From Perkinsus chesapeaki ATCC PRA-425 (Eukaryota > Protista > Perkinsozoa), in contig JAAPAO010000126.1 of NCBI GenBank assembly GCA_013115145.1, positions 3,918 through 67,917 on the forward strand: a stretch of DNA of 64,000 nucleotides, read 5' to 3'. The notes under the pieces were generated by a model. It did not search any database, had not been told where the DNA came from, and was given only the letters and a program-made list of their open reading frames with translations. Below are positions 13,479 to 26,893 of this stretch, piece by piece. How positions within the stretch are numbered: the first letter of the stretch is position 1; the number at the start of each line of letters is the position of its first letter. A program made the position numbers and the translations under genes.

Positions 13479-14568
13479 TCAATATCTTATGCCAGCCTTC
13501 CCCATCTACAACAGGGCTTGCTTTCACCAAAGCGTTACTAACTCTATTCTGAAAAGCTTAAGAGTTATCACACCTCTCCCTTCCACTGCCTACTACCAGT
13601 CCGTACGCCAGGCTCTCCTGGAAGTCCATCAAGGTGGCCTCCTCATCCCTCACCATCTCAGTCCAATGGGAGTGCACTGCCATACAAGCTGCTGTAAACA
13701 GATCTTCGAACGCTCCTCCAGTCACAGCCATCGCAGAGGCGAAGACTTTCCTCTCGTAGCCAGTGGCCAGTATACCCTCTTTAGTGACTGGGGAAAACCC
13801 TAAGCCCGACAAATAAAGGCTGACCTCCGAGACCACTACTACCTCCTATGATACGCAAATAGTGCAGTAATATATAATGAACGTTGATAGCAGTAGCTGC
13901 AAAGGGATAGTGGAATCTATTGTTGAGGCTGCTGCCACTGTAGCCATCACTACCAGCCACCATCTCACGGAACTCCTATGACAACCAATAGCATTAAAAC
14001 ACTTCCAGAGCCTTACTGGTCCGTAGGCTCTAGCAGCCTGCACCATGCAAAGCAGCACATGCCCTCCTGTCCGGAAGTCTGTGCTTGGTCTGGCGCTCTG
14101 GAAACCCACCGACTTCCATCGTTCATCTCTGGGCAAGTTAGGTGCCAATGACCCATCAATCGCTACTAGCTTCCACCATTCAACCAGAAGCCTATTCATA
14201 GTCTCCTCAGTAAAGGTGTTCTCTACCGCAGCGCTGTGAGCCAGATCAGCCAGTAGACCCTCCTCCACTGGTGTCAGAGGGGCATAGGGCCTGACAGAGG
14301 CTATCCACCTCCTCACACAGTACGCTAATCTATCAAACCATCGCTTAATACACCGACAAAATCGCCGTAATGCACTATAGGCGCAGCACCTTTCCTTGAA
14401 GGCAGTGGATCTTCCCAAACAACCACAACTGGCCATCGAGGCAAAGATCTCCGGTGCTGATGGTGGAGGTGGATGGCGGCGTTGCTGTGGTGATGAATCC
14501 TCCATAGCCTTATAGCTAGTACTGGATGGTAGTAGTGGGGTTGGAGTAGGGGACGCCGGGGCAGACAT
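13479..14568 (-). CDS. ELMO/CED-12 domain protein (ELMOD-like, putative Arf-family GAP)
   Basis: WKSVGFQSARPSTDFRTGG and YPFAATAINV match ELMO-domain motifs. Confidence 0.85.
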
Positions 14569-14699
14569 AATAATAACAAACAAGTAAAATGGAGACTGAT
14601 GAAAGCAAATATAGATTGCTTCGCTCCGCTAAAAAACAGTTCACGTTTGACATTTTCAATAGTCACGCGCCACAAAACCTTCAAAACACGACAGAGAGG

Positions 14700-14885
14700 A
14701 CATTATGATAGGAACGTTATGCTGGATGATGATGACGATTCTCTTAGTTGTTGTTGTTGTTGTTGCCTTAATTGGCCACGATCATCATCATCAAGAGCAA
14801 TGGACAACAGTGGATTGTGGGGAGGATAATAAGGAAGGGGAAGAATTATTAACAACAACAACTGCTGCTGCTGCTGCTGCTGAGG
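14700..14885. repeat. Mixed trinucleotide microsatellites (gat, gtt, cat, aac, gct)
   Basis: Direct inspection; intergenic / 3' region of ABC-F. Confidence 0.8.
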
Positions 14886-14890
14886 CGACG

Positions 14891-17800
14891 TCACTCCCGA
14901 AGGGTCTTGATCCTTCCGCCACCGATAAGCTGCTTTTTGGCAAAGTCATCCTTAAGCATGTGTACATAATCTTCAAAGGTACCCTCAAATACAGTGACAC
15001 TACCTGTAATAGGGATGATAGAGATGGAATAGAAGAATGGCTTACCTGGACGCCAACCTGACTTCACAGTGCTGTCCTTTTTACCAGGCATCACCACCCA
15101 CAGCTCATCGGCAACCATACTAACCAACCGCTCGTCATGGGACACCAAAACCACACCACCTTCGAACCTATATAGGAAGGATAAGCTCTATAGGGGGAGG
15201 AGGGGAGATGACCTGTTGAGGGCGAGAGCGAGGCCTTCGATGGTCTCCAAATCGAGATGGTTAGTAGGCTCATCCATCAATAGCAGATGGGGATGCTTAT
15301 AGGCGATCTGGGCGAAGATGACTCGGGATTTCTGGCCTGCATTGAAATGATCTAGGGGAAGCTTGTCATCTCCCCTACCTCCACTGAGCGTCTCGATTGG
15401 CTGGAGAGCAAGATCGCCGGCGAGACCGAAGTGACCTGAGAATGCATGCAAAGGGACATATCTACCAAGTCATGTCATCGTAATCAGCCGTAAGGATCTT
15501 CCTCGTGCCCGCCAATAGCGGCTCTAATCTCCACAGTGTACAGTATCACAATCTTTATAAGTGACTCTTTAAAGCGAACGGTCTCGAGATATTTCAGAGC
15601 TCAAGGAGCGGCCATGATCTTACCTAGATATTTCCGACAGTTTTCGATCGATATTTCGGGGTCCATTCGACGCATTGTGGTAACGGCATCGACGGACAAG
15701 TCCAATGCATCGACATGATGCTGGGTAAACCTGATAAGTTAACAAGATAATCACGAGAGCGGTATGGCCGCTGCTGCTGCTGACCTAGCAATTGATAGCT
15801 TAGAGTGACGCCTTACTGCACCGTCTGTAGGGTCCAGTGAGCCGTCCAGTAACTTCAAGAAGGTAGATTTACCTACATAACACTTGAGCTATCAACACAG
15901 GGCCTGTAGACCTCCTACCTGCTCCATTCGGGCCCACTATAGCTACTCTGCTGTCACAATCGACACCAAAATTGAGATGCCTATAAAGTGGTTTGTCGGG
16001 ATTATAGCCAAACTGAAAACAGGGCAGCATCACTGATAAAGAACATTCGCTTGAAGCCACCGCAGGGAGGGTACCAGCTTTCCTGAGCAGCGGGAGACGT
16101 GCTCTAGATAATCGTGAGATGCAAGATAATTAAGAAACTTGAAGTTCAACAGTTGGGCTTATCAAGCGGCAATTGAACTGCATGTCTAAGTTACATACGG
16201 CATTCGCCATTCCCTTCCAGTTCCATCTGCCTAGCCCCCTTACCGTGGCATCAAGCACCGATATGCAGGGTGGTGGAAGAGGAGGGGCAGCTGGGAAGTT
16301 AAGCTGCAAATACGGATCATCGTAATCTGACAAAGTGACGTCACCAACTCCATTAAAGAAGACACAGCCTCCTTACCAACTTCAACGGCTTCATCTTGTA
16401 GTTTGGACAACATCTTCATCCTACTCTGAGCTTGCCGGGCCATCTTCTTATTACCATGTCCGAACCTGATACCTATCTCACCCCCATATGGCTTCACTAC
16501 CGCCTACCTCGCAATAAACTGCTTCAACTGAGCAACCCTTCGTTCCTGCACCCCGGCCATCACGGACTAAAACACCACCGGCGCTACAACACCTCCAACA
16601 GCAGGCCGCCGACGCCTCACCTGATTAGCTCGGTGCTCAGCACGCACTCTCAGGAAGGTATCATAGTTACCACCATAATACCACAGACGCTTGCGGTGGA
16701 GGAAGATAGTATGTGAAGTTGTCTGGACTGCGGATGGGAGGGAGGTGGAGCGCTGGAGCTGCCTACCTGGTTGAGGAACCCTCTGTCGTGACTGACTATA
16801 ATAACAGTCTTCTCCCAGGATGCAAGGAACTCTTCAAGCCATGTTAAAGCGGGAACATCGAGATGGTTAGTAGGCTCGTCCAACAGTAGCAAGTCTGGGG
16901 TCATAAACAGGGCCTGAGAAACAGGGCGATAGGAAGAAGAGGACGACGACGACAATCACGACCATCTCCAAAAGGCAGAGGGAATGTATACAAGTGAACC
17001 CTTAAATTGTACGTTCTACGAACTTTGAATACAAATGCACGAAGCTCACAATCTCATGACCAAAAGTGGAAGGTTCGGAGACCAAATGCGGTCTTTTTCG
17101 CCGCTCAGCCCAGTCTGTGATGAACTATACCAACTGTCACCAACTGTTGATGCCCGTGATTAAGCTGTAGATGATATAGTACCTGTGCTAGGGCTATACG
17201 CATCCTCCATCCTCCTGAGAACTCCTTAGTAGGCCTAACAACAGTATAATATCTTATCCTACCCGCCGCCCCTATTAACTAGTACTACCTCGCCTGCGCC
17301 TCGGCATCAAAGCCCAGACCAGCCAGGATGGTGGCTGCCCTAGACTCAGCGTTTTCGCTATCAAGCTCATCTAGACGCTCATACACCTCCATCAGATCGA
17401 TACCCATATACTAAACAAAGGTGGTGATGCTAGGAGATAACAGAAAGTAAGGTACCGTAGGCTGCTCAGTCTGGCCTTCCTTCACTTCGGTGTTCAGGAG
17501 CTTGTGCTCTGCTTTGAGCTAAGATACCACTAAACTCAACCAATCAACCTTCTGCTACTCACCAGCCACTCCCTTTCCTTATCAGCCTGCAGTACAGCTT
17601 TCAGCACCGGTGTGTCATCTCCAGTGATTTCCTGAGCACATCATCTCCACACCAAAGAGGGCCCACCCACCGCCTACCTGCTCGACATGCATTACGAAGA
17701 TGAAGTCAGGTATAACAACATCCTCATTAACGATAGCACGCAGCAGCGTCGACTTCCCGACTCCATTTCGCCCGACTAGACCGTACTGAAAGATACAAAG

Positions 17801-18156
17801 CCTACAGTAAATGAAGGAACACAGACGACGCCCAACCTTAAAGCCGTCGGCCAACCGGAGAGTGGCGCCGCTAAGTAGCTGTTGGCGGCCAGCGAACCTA
17901 CTTGGAATCTTCGCCAGCTGCTCTCCACGGCGCACCCAGCTTACATGTTGATATCGGTAACCTCTATATCCATATTCTGAGTCCTATTTCGTGGCGCATC
18001 CGGACCCGACCGGCTCACAAATCCGAGGACTTCACGGCTTGGTCGGCCACCAGTGTACTCGGCAGTCTTCTCATCGGCGCTGCTCTCAGCGGCTTCAGCA
18101 GCTTTAGCGGCGGCCTTGGCGCGTCGCTTCTCGGCCTTACGGTCCTTCTTAGCCAT
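14891..18156 (-). CDS. ABC-F family ATPase (ABCF/GCN20-like), multi-exon
   Basis: Two NBDs: [64 protein letters not shown]; no TM segments. Confidence 0.92.
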
Positions 18157-18534
18157 TATAGTAGAATACACAACTGCTGTGGGAGGCAGGTAGTGACCAG
18201 CTGCTACTGACTGCTACTGCTGCTCTAACGCGACGCTTAGAGAAATAACAAAACTTACGGCAACACGCGGTGGTGGGAGGGAGGGTGATGATGGTATTAG
18301 GGATATACTATCGATAAGAAGACGACGAAGGAGGGGCCTCAATTAGGGGAGGTTCGAGCCACTAGAGCCGTAGATGTTGTGGGACATGTTGTATGGTACA
18401 ATGCTTATTATTATTATTGCATACCACCTAGCCGCCGGCAATAATGAATACTGAAACACCTCTGCCACCACCACAAAGAAGAAGAAGCAGCAGCAGCACC
18501 AGTAGCTAATTTCATACCGCTCTTTCCACCAATC

Positions 18535-21500
18535 TTACCGTTCAATAGCCACCGAGAAGCTATACGGGAACCAAGCTGTAGAGCCTGTTTGAGGATGAGG
18601 GATATCCTAACACAAGATGCGATCATCATCACCATCACTGTCTTGCCCATTGCCTACCCTCCAATCCTCATCGACCCTCATCCCAGCTGCCCACCCACTC
18701 GCAGTTACCTCCAACACTCGCACCACGTCACCGGCACAGAGATCCAGGAAACTACCAGAATTACCAACGTTCATTGTCTCCGGATCCGGTCTGAAAATTT
18801 AAAAGATATTCTTCATAGTGCGCAACTGCACCTTACACAAAGTCATGCACTATACGCCTGTACTCATTAACAGCTCTAGTATCCGGCTCCGACTGCTGCT
18901 GCTGTTTTTGTTGTTGTTGCTGCTGATGATGATAGTGATGACTATCATACTCCCTGGTAGGATACTGATGTGCTGCTGTCGCCGCCGCGGCAATGGCCTC
19001 AAACTCCCTTCGCCGTCTAGAGGCTTCATCTTCGTAACCACCAGGCATAAAGTGCTGAGGTGCGGCTGCTGCTGCTGTTGCTGCCGGGCCTCCTCCCCCC
19101 ACGCCATTGAATTGATGGTAACCACCGTTATCATAATTCCCTTGATGGTGATGATGATCGTAGCCAGCAGGATAGGGCGGCATCTGATTGGAGTAGGAGT
19201 GTTGCTGTGGTGGTGGGCCAGTAACATAGTCAGAAGGTCCCATGGTCTGATGGTAAGACCGCTGCTGGGGCGGCAACAGGGGCGGTCCCTCGAGACGCTG
19301 GTCATAGAAATAGCCTTGACCATGCCGCTGCCCAGGAGGATGAACCTATCCAGCAGCAGGCACAATACCAACTTTAGTAACTTCCAGTGCTCCTCACCTC
19401 ACTACTGCTGGTGGCATACACCCCACGGTCCTCTTGTCGTAGAGGCGGTGGCATGCGTTCCATATACCCTTGTCTCTCCCCCCCATCATCACCTTCCCCC
19501 ATCCGACTCAGTGGCGTCATCGGTGGTTTGCTCCTCCGGGTGCTCGCTTTACTATTAGGTGACCAATCGCTGGTTGGTGGTAGCGTACCCGACTCCACCA
19601 GAGTATCATTGGCTCCCATAGCCATCGCCTCACTAAACGAACAACAACGTGCAGGTGGTCAACCTCTAGATCCCACTATCCACCTACTAGACTTTAGGTG
19701 CGCTGTTCTTCAACTCCCCCTCAACCGCTGCTGCTATGCTTGCCGCTGCCTCTATCATGCCCAAGGATGCCGTCGGCAATGGTCCAAGCCCGGCAATGCC
19801 CGGTGGCTCCGTTCTTGTCGTAGCAGTTGTGGTACTATCACTTGTCACATCTGCCGCCGCCGGCAGCATACTGCCTGCTTGCCGCCTCTGTCCACTAGAC
19901 GGAGACCCTGGCCCTTTATCTCTCAGTGCTGTAGGCGACACCACACCTCCACCGCTGCCTTGCTGCTGCGCTGCCGCCGAGGCTGATGGAGTTGAGCCAC
20001 CAACATTACTAGTAGCCGACTTGTTGCGCACGACCGATGCAAAGTCCGCTCGAGGAGCCATCTGATCTCGGACTATCTCCTCAACCTGAAGTACAGCAAA
20101 CCCTTCCATAACACCGTACCCGCGGGGGCGGTGCTGTCGGCGGTCCTACTTGACACTGATGGATATGAGCAGCGTACTCGGACACTGTTCCTTGCCATCG
20201 ACACTCTATTCCCAGTGCTGTCTTAACCAGTTCACTAGGAGGGTTTCCGCTGGCAGTGCTGCTTGAGCCCTTTCCCCCATCACCACCGCTCTCAGCAGCA
20301 CTGCGCTCCCCCGACCCCAAGGCACCCTCCGCCGCTGCCTTCTCAGCCAGGTACAACGGTGACACAAAATTGACCGGGTGATGTTTGCACCTACCAAACC
20401 AAGTCAGCAAACCTCCGGCATATCTTCCATTTCACCTGACTCTGGTCTGACGGTACTCTCGCAAAGTCTTCTCATCGAGCCCACCGACGTCGCTCCTGGC
20501 CAGGCCAAGATCACAGCTACAAAGATATCATTATTGATAAGTTAGAAGGATGGGCTACCTCGGACAGGGTATGCTCGTTACAGGCTGATTCTTCTGCTTG
20601 GCTGGAATGGTAAAACGCTCCTGAAGACACCTTGAGGGCCCCCCACAGTCTTAAGGAGTTCACGAAGGATACGGTATGGGTAGCAAAGCCGAGGAACTTA
20701 CCATGTGAGCTTGAAAGCAATTACGACAAAATCGATGTCTGCACGGTCTCGCCTGTATTGGGTCCTTTAATACATTGTTACATCTCCCACATATACAATG
20801 AGAGAGGTCGACAGCTTCCTCACTACAGTCGTTGGGTGGCAATAGATTTACCAATTGATATCTACAATTCAACCTCATTTAGGTAAACCCACCTCCAACC
20901 TAAGATACCCCTACCTATGGATCACCGTATCTGATGCCGGTCCAGAGGGCCTACTAGCCGCTGGCCAAGCTCCCTTCACAGTCCCACTAGAGGCTCCACT
21001 ACCAGCGGCGGTATTCACACCACCGCCGCCTGAGGGGCACCTCTTCCCCGTTTGTGTAGCGCCTGCATCCTCCAATGGAGCCAAATCCATACCGTACTTT
21101 CCCCTACTATGTGTTTGAGATGACGTCGCTCCACTTGTCAATGCAGCTGCATTGCCTCCTATAAAGGCCGAAAGTGCATTGGAAGCTGCCTGGGGCAAAG
21201 TGTGGCCGGAAATGCTCATCACCGGGCCCTGAGGCGTCATAGTGAATGCTTTGCGTTTTATCAAAAAGTTGGTAATAAATCGTACAACAGCAACTGCTTC
21301 TGGACTTACCGACTTCGGCGGTGGAAGCTTCTTTATCTCATCATAGCTTTTACATGACGCTATCTTGACCTGAAAATGCCATAAAACTGCAGCGGAGCGA
21401 AGCAGCAGCAGCAGCCACCGCGCCTCCTCACCATCTCCTCCTTGGACAGCAAGCCCTGTGGCGATGCATTAGGGTGGACATCGTACATATGAAGGTGTGC

Positions 21501-22853
21501 TATCGGGCTGGGCTTCTGCTCCTTGAAGGCATGAACACACTTTGATGGCCCACATCCGGACTTGTCATCCGCTATGCATAATATAAGCTGAAGCACAGAC
21601 GACACTCACGGATACTGAATACTATCCACCATTTCATTATTAATTCAGGAAATTGATTTTAGTTTCCATTGAATCCTACTGGAAATTTGGTAATTAAATA
21701 ACCCCATTTGGCTTTAACGAATAAGTCCAGCTCTTCATGAAGCTCCAAAATTAATAGTAACGCCTCTTCGAATGTGGTGAATTTTGTGATACACTATCAC
21801 TCCACAATAGTTCCTCCATTCGAACCCCACACCCCACCTTCCCAGTCTCCGTCAGCACTTCCAGCATTTCTTGTGGCTTGCTAATATTATTATTCTCCAT
21901 CCGTAGCCATGTCGGTTGATAACTACAACCATTCATCCCCTACCGCTCCTCTCACAACCCTCCCTACAATTGAGACTTAGCCTGCCATGGGTAAGCATGA
22001 TTTGGATGCAACGCAAAGGTCATGAGAAGCTGCATAATTCCCCGCTCTGAAAAGGACAGCTTCCCTCTGCCGCCTCCTCCCCCATCTCCCCACCTGTTAT
22101 CCGATTATTTGACAGATGAAGCTCCTCAATAGCTTCATTCTGATCCGCTAACATTTGCGATAACCGGCACACCGCAACATCATCAATGCAGTTACGGTAA
22201 AGTCGCAAGGCCTAAGCCACACCTCTGCCCAAGCCACCACCCCTCCCCCTCCTTACCTTGCACTGTACTTTATGTTGCATCAAAGTATTCAACATAACTA
22301 TACAGCCCGGAGACGTGAGCTGATTCTCAGCTGAAAGGATAGCACTGCCAACTACTACCCCCTGCCAGGTCCCTACCTAGCTCCACATTGGCGCACAATC
22401 GATATCGATACACGAAGGTCGGGTCGTTGGTGGTCGGCTGAGGCAGGCCACTTCATGGTTTATCCTGGTCCGAATTCCTACGCCAGGATTTGACTTCTTA
22501 TATTCCTTTTTATGGTCCTGTAAGAACTGTTCCAGCGCCGCACTGGCATCTTGGACCAACGCCCGATCAACACCGAGACGCTTGTTATTCAACTAAGGCA
22601 ACAGCAGCAGTAGCAGACAACTTCTCATACCATTCTTCCGCCAAATCATCCCTACTACTACCCTCACAGTAAGCCAATAGGTCCCGTCTGGCTTAGTCGG
22701 GGTTATATGGAAACAATTACGCCATTTAGTGTCGCCTTTTGTGTTGCTTGTCCCCGGCCCCTTAGCATGTAGTGGTGAGTACACTACACCGCCCCCGCCT
22801 CCACCATGTGGGTGGCGATGGTGATGATGATGAGAAGAAGATGTTGAGGTCAT
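18535..22853 (-). CDS. Multidomain protein: RNI-like LRR, RING, TRAF-type Zn finger, low-complexity linker, SH3 (putative E3 ligase)
   Basis: LRR: MRLYRNCIDDVAV..IEELHLSNNRIT. RING: CGRCNNVLKDPIQARPCRHRFCRNC. TRAF-like: CKHHP..CRWQGTVSEYAAHIHQC. SH3: HDFV..LDLCAGDVVRVLEVTASGWAAG..TAWFPYSF. A phase-0 intron near 21230-21310 links the LRR and RING parts. Confidence 0.75.
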
Positions 22854-23020
22854 AGCTGCTGCCCCTCTACACCCCAGAGCAGTGTAATCGGGTAGTCCTG
22901 TTGCACAAAGACTGTCCCCCTTCTGTTAGATACTAGTGACACAACATTGAACACGCACGCGAAACTAGTTTCCACTGCTGTCATCTTTCAAAGCCGCCGG
23001 CAATAAAAATTGACTTCCCT

Positions 23021-24120
23021 CTACTCCTTCGCCTCTGCTGCCTTCAAGCTGTCCAATAGCACCTAATAACACAAATTCTGTCCCCATTTTGTCACCCACT
23101 CCCCCATACCATGCGGCGCTCAAACAATGCTCTCGCCCTTCTATCAGCAATATCCTGGGCCAACAAAGCACTCTAAAACATCAGCACCACCTCTCAAACC
23201 TCTCCGGCCCTCCACCACCTACATTAGTAGCATCAGCCTGCTCCTTTATGATATCCTGTCTGCACTGGTCAAAGGCCTTAAACTCACCATCACATTCCGA
23301 GTCGACAGCAGGCGAGGCGAAGTTCGTGGACAGGCATCGGAAAAACGTCATACCTATCAGAAGAGCTCAAATACCTTAGACCATCAGACTCCTCCTCTTC
23401 CTCCGGACCCACCAGTAGGACGACACTTGTGATCATTATCCGTAGCACTGTCGAACATCCTAGTATAGAGATCAGCCTTGCGCTGTTTGCCGTCGACGGA
23501 TAAATCCTCCCCGGCCAAAGAAGGACGACCGGTGACTATATCCGACCACATAACCTACTGACCACTCCCCAACAGCGACGACCAGCCTTCGAGCCTCACC
23601 TTCTCCCTGACAGGAATGTCCTCCGGGGTGTTATTGCTGAGTCCAGTGAAGTTGTTGTCGTCAAGCTCCTTCTTGATAGCCAATGATCGCTCCATACGGA
23701 AGCGACGAGTAAGGAACCATTCCTAAACAGAATCACGCGAAGGAGCGGTATATACCACAACAACAACTGCAATTAGAAGGGGACGAAGGTCTGAACGCAT
23801 CAGCATCAATCCGATGCTGCTTCGAGGTAGTAACCCTCCCTCTCAACGCTGCGCATTCAACCCGTATGGTTAAAAATTAAAGCCGTCGGAGAGGTAACGC
23901 CACAGGAGTGATAGGGAAGCAATGGTTGTTCCGTTCCATAATATAAAGCTCCGACAGCAGCAGTGGTAGCAGCGGCAGGCGCTCTTCTATATCATCTCCC
24001 TACTACCTTGAGATCCCTTTCAATACCATTTAACTCCGAGGTGACATACGCCTGATACTTCTCAGTCTGTGTGGGGACATGGTTAGTGGGACCAGCAGTA
24101 GCAGCAGCGGTGGCAGGCAT
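23021..24120 (-). CDS. ATPTG8: Mitochondrial ATP synthase subunit, ATPTG8-like (myzozoan type)
   Basis: Spliced product ELNGIERDLKEWFLTRR..NNFTGLS..VMWSDIVTGRP..LSVDGKQRKADLYTRMF..CRPTGMTFFRCL..CDGEFKAFDQCR..QDIADRRARALFERRMVLLD is colinear with my recollection of Toxoplasma ATPTG8 (not database-checked). Confidence 0.8.
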
Positions 24121-24241
24121 GACTCTTAGAAGAAAACTTACAGCAATAGTGCTTCTAAAAAATAATAAGACACCAATGCCCCCTCCAACACAAGTCCGCG
24201 AACCAGCTGCACCACTAAGTCATTTATATCATGACATGGTT

Positions 24242-26893
24242 TTATCTTCCACACAGAGCCATCTCCTAACATCCATCATACCAGCACCGCCCCCACCAAA
24301 CCCTAATACCTCTTCTGTCTGCACCGTCCCCTTCGGTAGAAAGTCATATAGTTCCGCACCGTACTCGGCCAGGAGCCTCTTGCGCTCTTCAGCAATGACC
24401 TGCAAGGGAATACAATTAACAACCAGTTGGAGCCAACTCAGATGAGCACCTTCTCCCGAACCTCATCAAACTTGAGCAGCTCCTCGTACTCCTTCCGCTC
24501 CTTCTCCCTCTCCGCATCAAACTGCCTCTTCCTCTCTTCGACCAACCTACCATCACAATCTACCGTCACTGCGCCACAGAATTCCCATACCGGTCAACCT
24601 CTCGCTTGTGCTCCAACACCTTCATCCTTCTCCGCTGGGCATTCATCTGCTCAATCTTAGCATCCTAAGCCATCACCATCCCGCCAGCCACATCCCTTCT
24701 CTCCTACATTAGCGAACTTAGCCATCAACTGCTCCCTAAAGCGGGCCTCCTGCGCCTCCTCTTCCTGCCTTCTTTTCTAAACTTGCAAATCCCTCTGTAA
24801 CCCAATCCCCACAACTTCACCTCTTTCATCTCCATTTGATACTCATAAGCTGCCAACATGTCCTCTCGGTCCTTCGCCCTCTTAGCAGCTTCAGCCTAAT
24901 AACCACCACAGCAAAGACTAAAAGCAGCACTTAGCCACCAATACATAACAACTCTAAGAAATGGAATACAAAGCAAATATGAAATCCACAGATCCAGTTT
25001 GCTTCTCTAGGAGATGTTAACAAGCATCCACCAATGATGCTCAGCTGCCGCCAGTGATCCCCTCTTACCTTCTCTCTTTCCCTGCTCTTCTTTTCCAATT
25101 CCTCCCAAAATAACTCATTCCTATAGTACTCCAATTCAGCATCTTTAGATGCCTTTGCCGCTTGTTCGGCTACACCACCAAATCCCCCAACTCCCCCCTA
25201 CAAGAGCAGCATCAGCAACCCTACCCATCATCTTATCCAATATCCGCTTCTTCTCCTTCTCCTTAGCTGCCTTCTCGGCATCCAACCTACCAACGCCGCC
25301 GCTCCTACCCCACAGCCTGACCTCTACTCCTACCGCTCTTCCATCTCCCTCTTAGCTCTCGCATAGGCCTCAATCCTTGCCTCTTCCTCCCTGTCAGCCG
25401 CCTGCTGCTGCCGTCGCATCCTACCATCCAGCGTGACTCTCGTCCCCAGCCGCCATCAGCAATCACCTCGCTGCCTCCTCGGCGAACTCCTTCAGCTGTT
25501 TCTGCGTATCTAGCTGTTGCTGCCTCCTCCTTTCCATAGCGTCCATCTCCTCCTGATTAAACAAAGGAGTGGTAGACAGTAACTTCTTCAGCTCTAGTAG
25601 CCCGATATCAGTAAGATGCTATTGTGCACCCCTAACGAAATGCGCTCTTGCCGAATTTGCCGAACTTAGAGTCACCGATACTATTACATTTCACTTCAAG
25701 AGCCCTTTACATTTCGCCATACATAGCTTAACGTTATATACTATATCTAAGCTATCATATATGATATTATATAAAATGCTTTTATAGAAATTATCCCACC
25801 ACATTAACAGACTTGATTATTACGAATTGAGTAACAAGTCCATAAATATTGTATCCACGTAATATCAGTACAAACACCCCAGTGATGCTAACCAAAGTCT
25901 TACCTTCTGAATCCGCCTCACTACAGCGTCCACCTGAGCCTTCTCTCTAAGATGCTCCTTCAATGCCTTTGACACCAACGACACTGTTTGTTGAACAAAG
26001 GAAAATGCGTTACAATTTCACGCTGGAGTTCCTTTTCTTCGATCTGCTTCTGCTGCAGGTTCTTGGCATACTCTCTCTTCTCTTGCTACAAAAATACCCA
26101 ATAATCCTAGCGGAGCGATGCACATACCATGCCTACCACAGTGTACTCCTTCAGCTGCTCCTTCTCCAAATCTCTCAAACGTTCTGATTCAGCCATTACC
26201 TCCTGCTCTCCGCGACATCCCTACCGATTTCCAGCTGGGTCTCCAACTGTTCCTCCAATCGACGTTGCTCCTGCGCCCTATACTCCATATCCAACAACTG
26301 TGCTGCCCTCTCCCTATTGACCTACCCTTCCCTTATAAGCAATAACACCCCCTATTCCCATCCCCCCACCTTAGCCAGCTCTATCCTTGCCCTCAATTGC
26401 TTCAGTTCATCGCTTTCCTCGCATATCCTCCTTCTAAGCTGATCCTCCCTAACAGCCCTGGCCTGTCTTGCCTCCAGCTCTGCAGCTGCTGCCTCCTCCA
26501 TAGCCATTATCTACACCCCTCCTCCTCATCATCAACAACCACAGTGTAGTTAATACCGTCTTCTTAGTCTCCTTATGAGTGGTCTCTGCTAAATATTCAG
26601 CATCAGCTGTTCTCTCCCTTGCTATCTCATCCTGCCTGAGCGACACCACTAGCTTACCCCACATGACAGCTCCTTACTCTCTTTTCCATCGCTTCAACTC
26701 CACTCTCTTATCGCTCTTACTATGCCCACCTACGACACAATAAAGGAGACAGCAGCAGCAGCAGCAGCAGCTGCGCAATAACCTTACCAAGTATAAGCTG
26801 ATCCTTGAGCATCTTTCCCAAAGATTCATTCCTAGCTTCAACCTCCCGAAACTTCGCCAACTCCCTCTCTCTATACCGTCTTAGCTGTGCCAT
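24242..26893 (-). CDS. MNS1: Meiosis-specific nuclear structural protein 1 / axonemal microtubule inner protein (TPH domain), multi-exon
   Basis: Coiled coil with RICEESDELKQLRARI, FREQLMAKFA..IEQMNAQRRRMKVLEHKRE and IAEERKRLLAEYGAELYDFLPKG; start approximate. Confidence 0.8.

Noticed and set aside
18818-20065. Long plus-strand ORFs (246, 199 and 109 aa)
   Set aside because: Antisense shadows of the low-complexity linker of the LRR-RING-SH3 gene
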